The notes beneath the pieces were generated by a model. The model had not been told where the DNA came from, ran no database searches, and was given only the letters and a program-made list of their open reading frames with translations. From positions 16,127-80,126 of the forward strand of contig JBEKBN010000003.1 in the NCBI GenBank assembly GCA_050015375.1: DNA of 64,000 nt. The letters are read 5' to 3'. The stretch's first letter is position 1. The number at the start of each line of letters is the position of its first letter. Shown here piece by piece: positions 56,491 through 64,000 of this stretch. The translations under genes were made by a program, and so were the position numbers. The stretch comes from Minisyncoccia bacterium. Its GTDB lineage: Bacteria; Patescibacteriota; Minisyncoccia; 2-02-FULL-40-12; IGHO2-01-FULL-4-A.

Positions 56491-56685
56491 TTATTTATTA
56501 ATGTTCACACTCACTTCGATTCTCTTCATGAGGTTTTCAACATCCTCAACTTTATAAAGCCGGTAGTTATTCACAGGGTTGCGGAATGCAACAAGCCGCC
56601 CTTTTTTGTCCCAATTGCGGACTGTCAAGGGCGTAACACCGAAAATTTTTGCGACTTCATTAACGGACAAATATCTCTTTGGCAT
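56491..56685 (-). CDS. excisionase/MerR-like helix-turn-helix DNA-binding protein
   Basis: YLSVNEVAKIFGVTPLTVRNWDKKGRLVAFRNPVNNYRLYKVEDV HTH_17-like. Confidence 0.55.
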   Translation of the reverse strand: MPKRYLSVNEVAKIFGVTPLTVRNWDKKGRLVAFRNPVNNYRLYKVEDVENLMKRIEVSVNINK

Positions 56686-57189
56686 GTTACAGGGTCATCA
56701 TAAATTATTAAAAACACCTAAATTTTGATGTAATGAACAAAAAAATTCGTTAATTTATGATAAATGTTTATCAAAAAAGTATTATCAATGTTTATTAATG
56801 TATACATATGATAGTATAACTTTCTTTTATTTTAAAGGCGAGGGGATAACTTTTTGATTTCCGGGAACATCCTAACATTATTTGAAGTAAAAAGATTTAC
56901 CAGGTATTAGAATCCCATTATAGAAGAAGAAAGTTATCAACAAATTTTAAAAACGATGCTCTATAATTAGTACATGATTTTATTATCGGATATCGCATCG
57001 GATTACGCATCCGATATATGAGAATAAATCAATGAATCCCAAGTTATTTATAAACATCCGATAACGCACAGCGACCCCGATAATATCGGGGTCGCCTGGA
57101 ACGCGCGTTTATGACTTTAGTGAGTCATAAACTATAACAATTTTACTAAAAATAAGTACCCGTGTAAACACTAAAAAAGAAGACGTCTG

Positions 57190-60100
57190 ATGCCAAAATA
57201 TTTCGAAGAAAAAAAATACATTTCTCTTCAAGAGGCCTCAAAACTTTGTTCGTATTCTCCGGAGTACCTTCGTCTTTTAGCGCGACAGAAAAAGATCATT
57301 TCAAAACGCATCGGTAGAAATTGGTACACAACCGAGGAAGCGGTTCAAAAATATGTCGCCAAACAAAGTTTGACGATTGTCATTCCGAAAAGTGTATTTA
57401 CCGGAACAAATGGGGAGGAAGAACAGAGTGCCGAAATCAAATTAACTTCGAATGGATCAGAGACCGGCCAAGAGGTGATAAAGTTGGTTTCTGAAGCTGA
57501 TCTTAAGGACACGATTGAAAAAGCAAAATATGAAGAAGAAATAAAAGAAAAAAAGACGGAAAGTATTCTGGAAAATATACACGCGGATCTTGCGAACATT
57601 TCAGAATATAATTTGAGTAGCAGACAAGAGTTAAATGAAATAAAAAGCGGAGTGAAACTTCAAGAAAAAGTAGCCGGTGATCTTGGAAGCATTTCCATGA
57701 GTCTGGAAAAACTCTCCGAACTTCAAAACCAACAGCTGTCGCATATCCAGAGAATGGAGATAGAACAGATCCATTCCCAAAAGGATAAAGAAATACCGGA
57801 GCAGATCGCTATTTCACTCGCGGCACTATCGGAAAATCTAAAACAGCTTTCTTCGATTCACGACCTGCAATTAAAACAGGTTGAAATGCAAAAAGAAATG
57901 ACGGATTCGAAAATGGCTGAAATGCCGAAGCTTATTGATGTTGAGAAAATTCAAAAATCAATCGACGGAACCAATGAAAGAACCGAAAAAATACTTGAAA
58001 AAATTAATCAGGGGTTATCGGGATTAATGGAAAAAAATAACGCTGAAAGGCCGGTTCAAATCATTGAGCATGAAACCGCGCCGAAAGTTATCAATGTTCA
58101 TTACGATACAAAATCGCAGGATGAAATAAAGGAATCGCTCGATAAAATAACCGAAAACCTGAAGCAGCTGTCGCTGATTCAGAATGTTCAATTAAAACAG
58201 ATTCAATTGCAACAGCAGTCGTTTGATAAAGCGATCATTCAAAATCTTGAATTAAAACAGGAGCAACTGCAAAGTCAAAACGCTCAGCCGGCAGTTCAAC
58301 CTGTTGCTTCAATGTTGCCACAAGTATTTAATCCCGAATTCATTTCTGAAAGAACTGACAGGATTCTCGAAAAAATCTACACTTCGGTGGACAGATTGGT
58401 TCAGGCGCAGGAAACGCAATTGCTTGAAAAAACAATTAGACCCGAACCCCAGATAATTCAAGTTCAAGTTCCCACTCCTTCGACTCCGGCTTACAGATTT
58501 CAGACGCCGATCTACGAATCAACTCCGCCAGTCGTCGCGCTTCCTCCGAAGCTTGAAGAATTTCTCGATGTCCAGGCCGGTAGCATTGATTACAAATTAA
58601 AAAAACTCGACAAGGAAGGTAAAAAAATATTCAGCGACCGGAAAAAAAGCATGGCTTTGGTTTTTTCTGTGGTCATTGTTATTTTTCTTCTCGTCGGCGG
58701 ATTCAGTTTTGGAAATTTCAACGGCATCGGCATGGCCATCAAAGGGGTTTTCAAGAACGCCGACACCATTCAGGGGCATTTTGCTGGCACTCATCCCAAC
58801 GAAGTTCTACTTCTTGACGCTAACGGTAACATCGCCATCGCCGGCCATGTCGAGACCACGGCCGTCCAGTTAGATTCCACCGACGGTTCAGCGCCGATCA
58901 TCGTTGACCAGAATTTTTTGAAGAATCTGAAAGGCGGAACGATAAACATCAATGGCGTGGATTCAGGCAAATTCACTCTGGCTTTTGTTACGGCTAACGG
59001 CAATGTAACTTATCAAGATGTGAAATTGGAGGGAAATATTGAGGTCGGAAAAACTCTGATGGTCAAAGGCGCGACCCAATTATTAGCTTCTCTGACAATT
59101 GCTAAGGGTGATCTGAATATCGCCAGCGGCAATTTGAATCTCGGCACCGGCACCATCACCACCAACAACAAAACGATGGTGAAAAACTTGAATGCCGAAT
59201 ATTTGCAGGGCAAGACGCCGGCGGATTTTGTTACTGGTGTGGCGAATACCGTGGCAAACACCGTTGCCGGCAGTCAAACCCTTGATTCCGTTGTCACTAA
59301 CGGCAATTCAACAAGCCACACCGCGTTTTTCAATGGCGGGCTATACGGCGGCGCCGGCAGTTTTGCAACCTTGGGCGTCGGCGGCGATGTCGGGTTGGGC
59401 AAGCAATCTGACCCGAGCAGTGTCACAATGACATCCTATTTCAAGAACTTTACTCTTGATTCGAGCGGTAATAGTTCATTTACTGGCAATGTCGGTGTTG
59501 GAGGAAACCTAAATATCTCCGGCACAACGACAACACAAAACTTGGATGTTAACGGCACAGCGGACATTAATATTGCATCTGTTTCGGCGTATTTTGGAAA
59601 TGGAATGCCGACATCCGATTGCAGTAGTGTTGGTCAGGCGTTATTGTGGAACAAAATTACCGGAAAATTTTCTTGCGGTATCGCCGGTACTGGTTCGGGT
59701 GGCGGCTGGGTAACCGTAAAATCAGGCAATACTGAAGTTTTAGCGTCATCATCAATCCTAAATTTTAATAGCGGCAAATTCACCGCAACGGCGAGCGGAG
59801 ATAGTGAAACATTACTAAACCTTAATTGGGGAAATGGAGGACCGGCATCGCGTTCGCAAGAAAATACCTGGACCGCCCTCAATACTTTTAGCAATATCAG
59901 CATGGGCACTGTGGTCAGCGGGTCTTGGCACGGAACAGCCATTGGCGCTCAATATGGCGGCACCGGATTATCCGCTATTACTAATAATCAGCTTTTGATC
60001 GGAGGCCCGGGCGATACAATTGTTCAAGTTGCCACATCTTCTTTGGGCTTGATTGGCGATAACGATTTTACCGCCAACGGTCTTATGGCCAGAACATCAG

Positions 60101-63100
60101 CCGGCGCATATACTTCGAGAACCATAACGGGAACAGACAATCAAATAGCAGTCGCGAATGGCAACGGCGTTTCTGGCAATCCGACGATAAGTTTACCGAG
60201 TGTTGTTTATTTGGGCTCATCTGGCAAGCTTGGCCGGGACGCTAATAATCTTTTGGACTTTTCAACCGACGGTCAGATAACTTTTCGCGCCAACTCCACC
60301 AATGAAATGGTTATGAATGGGACTGGCCTGTCGGTCAGCGGCACATTGGCTGCCGGCGCCACTACGCTTTCCGGCAATTTGGCGATGGGCGGTTATAAAA
60401 TAACTGGGCTGGCGATGCCCTCCGCTTCTCAAGAGGCAGCCACAAAAGGATATGTGGACGCGGTGGCGCAAGGCCTCCAGCCAAAAGACGCCGTCCGAGC
60501 GGCCACGATTGAAAATATTACTTTGAGCGGCGAACAAACGGTTGACACGGTAAGTTTAGTTGCCGGCGACAGAGTTCTGGTAAAAACCCAAAACGACGCG
60601 GCAACCGATGGCATTTATGTGGTTTCTGCCGGCGCCTGGTCTCGTTCCGCCGATGCCGATACGAGCGCGAAAGTAACTTCCGGCATGTACACATTCGTGG
60701 TTGAAGGAGACAAAGACATAGGAAACGGTTATGTATTGTTAACTCCCAATCCGATAGATCTTGGCGTCACCCCTCTTACATTCACTCAATTTTCTGGTGC
60801 GGGGCAGATCATCGCCGGCAACGGTCTCCTAAAATCCGATTCAAACACCATTGATGTCGTCGGCACAGCCAATAGGATCATTGCTTATCCCGATTCCATT
60901 GATATCGCGCCCACGTATGTTGGCCAAAGCTCAATTGCCACTGTCGGAACCCTTAACTCCGGTTCTATTATCCCGGGTTTCGGAGCCATCAATATCGGAA
61001 CCGAACCGCTGACTGCCGGTGTTGGCTCGTTCAGTTCGATCACCGCCTCCAGCACCTTAACGGTTAACAGCACAGCTACATTCAACGGAAATGTCGGTGT
61101 TTCCGGAACTTTGTCGGCGGCCACGGTTGCGCTTTCCGGTAATTTGGCAATGGGCAATCATTACATCACCGGCTTGGCCAGCCCTCTTAGTGCGCAGGAT
61201 GCCGCCACCAAAGGATATGTTGACGCGCTGGCCCAAGGCCTGACAGTTAAAGACGCCGTCCGGGTGGCGACGACCGGAGATATCACTTTGAGCGGTGAAC
61301 AAACAATTGATGGCGTAGCTGCGGTCGCCGGAGACAGAATTTTGGTGAAAAACGAAACAGATAAAAAAACCAATGGCATTTATGTGGTTAGCGCCGGCGC
61401 CTGGTCTCGTTCCGCCGATGCCGATACAAGCGCGAAAGTAACTTCCGGCATGTACACTTTTGTGACCGATGGAACAACCCAAGCCAACACCGGCTGGAGC
61501 TTGATCACTCCCAATCCCATTGCTTTGAATACAACCCCTCTTGATTTCACCCAATTTTCCGGCGCCGCCGAAATAATAGCCGGCAACGGCTTGGTCAAGA
61601 CAGGCAACACCATCAATGTCGTCGGTACCGCTGATAGGATCATCGCCAATGCCGATTCCATTGATATCGCGCCCACATATGTCGGCCAGAGTTCAATTAA
61701 TACCGTTGGTATTCTTAACACCGGTTCCATCACCTCCGGCTTCGGTTCGATCAACATTGGAACTAAACCTCTGACCGCCGGTATTGGCTCATTCAGTTCG
61801 GTTTTAAGTTCGGGTTCAGGTGTTTTTGATAGCCAGTTGACTGCCGCCTATTTTACGGCCACATCAACAACCGCCAGTTCCACTTTTCCGTACCTTGAAG
61901 TCAGCGGACGGTCCAAGCTGGGGACGGTAACCGGCGGAACCTGGAACGGTTCCATTGTCGGCGTTCCTTACGGCGGCACCGGCGTGTCGAGTTTTACCAC
62001 AAGAGGAATACTTTACGGAAATGGTACCGGTAACATCGCGGTAACTACGGCTGGAACCAACGGCGAGGTGCTTATGGCCGGCATCGGCGGCTTGCCTTCC
62101 TTTGTTGCCACTGCTTCTCTCGGACTTTTGGGCTCATCAATCACCAGTTCTCTGACCAGCAATTACATTCCCAAATGGACCGGTTCCGCTTTTGGCAACT
62201 CCCTGATTTACGACAATGGAACAAACGTCGGCATCGGCACCATTTCCCCCGATTCAGTCCTTGAAATCGCCTCCAATTCTGCCAAGTTCATCATCCGGTC
62301 AACCGGTTCAAACAACTCCACTCTTACTTTTGAACCCTCCAACCTCGGCTCGGCGAGTACCAATGACGGGATGTTCAGTGTCGTGGCAAGTGGTGGAGCG
62401 GGAAAAGACGATTTAATTATCAAAAACGCCACTAATACCAATCTTGTTACCGTTGCCTCCACCGGTTTTGTTGGCATCGGCAGTCCCTCCTCAACATTCG
62501 CCAAATTGGATGTTGCCGGCACGATCAGAGGCCAGAACTTCATGACTTCCGGCGGTTCTCCGGTTAACGATATCCTTCTTCCCCAAGATGTCCAGAATTA
62601 TTCCATCAACTCCCTCAAGGGCACAACCGGCCTTGATATGGCTGATATTCATCAAAAAGTCGCGGCTACTGATTTTACCGGCAACCATGAATCATACAAT
62701 GAATCCGCTACCGCCTTGGCCAATGGCAATGTCCTGATCGCTTACGAGGATGGCGGCAATTCCTGGCGCGGCACTTTTGTGATCTACGATTCAGCCGGAA
62801 ACCAGATCAAATCACCGACCGTGTTTTCCGGAACTCATGGAGTAACCCCCAAATCCGCCATCACCCTCACCAATGGCAATATCCTGATCGCTTACGAAGA
62901 TGGCGACAATTCAAACTATGGCACTTTTGTGATTTACGATTCAGCCGGCAATCTTGTCAAAGCCCCGACAGTGTTCTCCGGAAATCATGATACAGAATTT
63001 AGTTCCGCTGTCACCTTAACCAATGGCAATGTCCTAATTGTCTATGGGGATGCCGACAATTCAGTTTACGGTACTTTTGTGATCTATGATTCTGCCGGAA

Positions 63101-64000
63101 ACCGAGTCAAAGCCCCGACTGTATTTTCCGGAACCCATTCAATAAACTTTGACTCCGCTACCGCCTTGGCCAACGGCAATGCCATGATTACTTATCAAGA
63201 TATCCCCAATTCAACTCGCGGCACTTTTGTCATCTACGATTCAGCCGGCAATCAGATCAAAGCCCCGACCGTATTTTCCGGAAGTGATAGTGCGTATTTC
63301 GAATCTGCCACCACCTTGATCAATGGCAACATTCTGATCGCTTATCAAGATACCAGCAATTCAAATTATGGCACTTTTGTGATCTACGATTCAGCCGGTA
63401 ACCAGATCAAATCACCGACCGTATTTTCCGGAACTCATGAAGCTGACGCCAACTCCGCCGTCGCCTTAACTAACGGCAATGTCTTGATCGCTTATGAAGA
63501 TGCCGGCAATTCATATTATGGCACATTTGTAATTTATGATTCAGCCGGAAATCTTGTCAAAGCACCAACCGTGTTTGCCAGCGCGAATACATTTTGGGAC
63601 AAGTTATTCACCACCACCCTGACTAATGGCGATATTGCCATGGGTTATGGCACATACGCCGCCGGCGTGTCAAAAGAAAAATTCGTCATCTACGAAGGCA
63701 CCGGTTCATATTTTGCCCGCAACGTCGGCATCGGCACCACCACTCCCGCCACCCGTCTCCAAGTCGAAGGCACCGCCTCCGCCTCCTACCTCTTAACGGG
63801 TAATACCCTCCAAGTAGGCGGTTATTCCTCTGCCGCCTTTAATCGGTTTGGCACCGCTACCATAGCTCATTCCAACTATATGTCCTCTAACAACGATGTC
63901 ATGATAGGCGGCGACCTATATACCGTAGGTACCGTGTCTGCCAATATCGTCTCCGCCTCTGCCTTCTTTGGTCTGGGTCTACCCACAAGTGATTGCACCG
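57190..64000 (+). CDS. giant membrane-anchored surface protein (partial, >2270 aa, continues beyond window)
   Basis: A single frame with no stop from ATG 57190 to the window end. N-terminal excisionase/MerR-like HTH, about 450 aa of coiled coil, one TM helix (VFSVVIVIFLLVGGFSFGNF, near 58650-58720), then Gly/Thr/Asn-rich beta-helix-like sequence, two ~255-aa tail-fibre-like modules, and six to seven 50-aa tandem repeats. Confidence 0.8.
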   Translation, partial: MPKYFEEKKYISLQEASKLCSYSPEYLRLLARQKKIISKRIGRNWYTTEEAVQKYVAKQSLTIVIPKSVFTGTNGEEEQSAEIKLTSNGSETGQEVIKLVSEADLKDTIEKAKYEEEIKEKKTESILENIHADLANISEYNLSSRQELNEIKSGVKLQEKVAGDLGSISMSLEKLSELQNQQLSHIQRMEIEQIHSQKDKEIPEQIAISLAALSENLKQLSSIHDLQLKQVEMQKEMTDSKMAEMPKLIDVEKIQKSIDGTNERTEKILEKINQGLSGLMEKNNAERPVQIIEHETAPKVINVHYDTKSQDEIKESLDKITENLKQLSLIQNVQLKQIQLQQQSFDKAIIQNLELKQEQLQSQNAQPAVQPVASMLPQVFNPEFISERTDRILEKIYTSVDRLVQAQETQLLEKTIRPEPQIIQVQVPTPSTPAYRFQTPIYESTPPVVALPPKLEEFLDVQAGSIDYKLKKLDKEGKKIFSDRKKSMALVFSVVIVIFLLVGGFSFGNFNGIGMAIKGVFKNADTIQGHFAGTHPNEVLLLDANGNIAIAGHVETTAVQLDSTDGSAPIIVDQNFLKNLKGGTININGVDSGKFTLAFVTANGNVTYQDVKLEGNIEVGKTLMVKGATQLLASLTIAKGDLNIASGNLNLGTGTITTNNKTMVKNLNAEYLQGKTPADFVTGVANTVANTVAGSQTLDSVVTNGNSTSHTAFFNGGLYGGAGSFATLGVGGDVGLGKQSDPSSVTMTSYFKNFTLDSSGNSSFTGNVGVGGNLNISGTTTTQNLDVNGTADINIASVSAYFGNGMPTSDCSSVGQALLWNKITGKFSCGIAGTGSGGGWVTVKSGNTEVLASSSILNFNSGKFTATASGDSETLLNLNWGNGGPASRSQENTWTALNTFSNISMGTVVSGSWHGTAIGAQYGGTGLSAITNNQLLIGGPGDTIVQVATSSLGLIGDNDFTANGLMARTSAGAYTSRTITGTDNQIAVANGNGVSGNPTISLPSVVYLGSSGKLGRDANNLLDFSTDGQITFRANSTNEMVMNGTGLSVSGTLAAGATTLSGNLAMGGYKITGLAMPSASQEAATKGYVDAVAQGLQPKDAVRAATIENITLSGEQTVDTVSLVAGDRVLVKTQNDAATDGIYVVSAGAWSRSADADTSAKVTSGMYTFVVEGDKDIGNGYVLLTPNPIDLGVTPLTFTQFSGAGQIIAGNGLLKSDSNTIDVVGTANRIIAYPDSIDIAPTYVGQSSIATVGTLNSGSIIPGFGAINIGTEPLTAGVGSFSSITASSTLTVNSTATFNGNVGVSGTLSAATVALSGNLAMGNHYITGLASPLSAQDAATKGYVDALAQGLTVKDAVRVATTGDITLSGEQTIDGVAAVAGDRILVKNETDKKTNGIYVVSAGAWSRSADADTSAKVTSGMYTFVTDGTTQANTGWSLITPNPIALNTTPLDFTQFSGAAEIIAGNGLVKTGNTINVVGTADRIIANADSIDIAPTYVGQSSINTVGILNTGSITSGFGSINIGTKPLTAGIGSFSSVLSSGSGVFDSQLTAAYFTATSTTASSTFPYLEVSGRSKLGTVTGGTWNGSIVGVPYGGTGVSSFTTRGILYGNGTGNIAVTTAGTNGEVLMAGIGGLPSFVATASLGLLGSSITSSLTSNYIPKWTGSAFGNSLIYDNGTNVGIGTISPDSVLEIASNSAKFIIRSTGSNNSTLTFEPSNLGSASTNDGMFSVVASGGAGKDDLIIKNATNTNLVTVASTGFVGIGSPSSTFAKLDVAGTIRGQNFMTSGGSPVNDILLPQDVQNYSINSLKGTTGLDMADIHQKVAATDFTGNHESYNESATALANGNVLIAYEDGGNSWRGTFVIYDSAGNQIKSPTVFSGTHGVTPKSAITLTNGNILIAYEDGDNSNYGTFVIYDSAGNLVKAPTVFSGNHDTEFSSAVTLTNGNVLIVYGDADNSVYGTFVIYDSAGNRVKAPTVFSGTHSINFDSATALANGNAMITYQDIPNSTRGTFVIYDSAGNQIKAPTVFSGSDSAYFESATTLINGNILIAYQDTSNSNYGTFVIYDSAGNQIKSPTVFSGTHEADANSAVALTNGNVLIAYEDAGNSYYGTFVIYDSAGNLVKAPTVFASANTFWDKLFTTTLTNGDIAMGYGTYAAGVSKEKFVIYEGTGSYFARNVGIGTTTPATRLQVEGTASASYLLTGNTLQVGGYSSAAFNRFGTATIAHSNYMSSNNDVMIGGDLYTVGTVSANIVSASAFFGLGLPTSDCT
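60415..61840 (+). repeat. tandem duplication of a ~770-bp module inside the giant gene
   Basis: The two modules share KGYVDA.AQGL..KDAVR.AT...ITLSGEQT.D.V..VAGDR.LVK...D..T.GIYVVSAGAWSRSADADTSAKVTSGMYTFV. They contain a near-identical ~67-nt DNA stretch at 60627-60694 and 61393-61460. Confidence 0.8.
62704..63750 (+). repeat. 6 exact-period 150-bp (50-aa) tandem repeats plus a degenerate 7th, inside the giant gene
   Basis: Units SATALANGNVLIAYEDGGNSWRGTFVIYDSAGNQIKSPTVFSGTHGVTPK at 62704, 62854, 63004, 63154, 63304 and 63454. Confidence 0.85.

Noticed and set aside
60262-61757. Several 60-165-aa minus-strand ORFs
   Set aside because: Antisense to the uninterrupted giant gene. They arise from Gly/Ala/Thr-rich repeat sequence.

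Overview
This 64-kb window looks like chromosomal DNA from a small-genome, low-to-moderate-GC bacterium, probably a Patescibacteria/CPR-type organism (inference; see below). It uses the standard genetic code, with TGA, TAA and TAG all serving as stops. Translation-related genes (rpsB-tsf, rpmE, prfA, rplY, tgt, rpmG) and six tRNAs are interleaved with what look like several layers of mobile or accessory DNA. The CPR assignment rests on a >2270-aa membrane-anchored surface protein with tandem repeats, a group-3 NiFe hydrogenase, a short EF-Ts and short RF1, and small in-frame insertions inside conserved enzymes.

Main content, left to right:
- 1..~20.1 kb: a segment bracketed by two paralogous large serine recombinases. 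The left copy appears frameshifted.
  - It carries a Type III restriction-modification system (mod, then res split into a helicase ORF and a separate PD-(D/E)xK nuclease ORF), tRNA-Phe and tRNA-Arg, and a PIN-like gene pair.
  - It also carries a tight seven-gene plus-strand operon encoding membrane and lipid-type enzymes: a BtaA-like DUF3419 3-amino-3-carboxypropyl transferase, a radical SAM enzyme, a UbiA-family prenyltransferase, a PEP-synthase/rifampin-phosphotransferase-like phosphotransferase, a GNAT, and a CdsA-superfamily polyprenol-kinase-like protein.
  - The right recombinase is preceded by a 44-bp perfect inverted repeat around a GT core, and 25-bp direct repeats flank a cargo secreted-protein gene.
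- 22.4..26.2 kb: a GC-richer block of secreted proteins (MliC-like lipoprotein, peptidase M15, peptidase G1/eqolisin-like, repeat protein).
- 26.3..33 kb: envelope functions (DedA, alpha/beta hydrolase, two GT4 glycosyltransferases, PAP2/SMS-like protein, Cas4-like nuclease, NitT/TauT ABC transporter).
- 33.5..41 kb: group-3 NiFe hydrogenase (large and small subunits, maturation protease) with an FAD oxidoreductase and ferredoxin, plus an IscU/NifS Fe-S assembly pair.
- 41..52 kb: housekeeping and hypothetical genes.
- 54.9..56.3 kb: a tRNA cluster (Thr-UGU, Tyr, Thr-GGU, Trp) with an HNH endonuclease gene inserted between tRNAs. A canonical-looking tRNA-Trp 5' half sits after rpmG, 18 bp upstream of a divergent but intact tRNA-Trp, followed by an excisionase-like HTH gene.
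- 57.2 kb to the window end: one uninterrupted ORF encoding a giant surface protein.

Two repeat families stand out:
- A ~150-170-nt imperfect palindromic intergenic element in three copies, with compensatory stem substitutions and conserved bulges.
- Short GC-rich perfect palindromes (CCCCACAC...GTGTGGGG type) inserted in frame inside conserved CDSs (cysteine desulfurase, tgt, a hydrolase), reminiscent of Rickettsia-type palindromic elements.

All functional calls come from reading motifs in the translated ORFs. No database search was possible.
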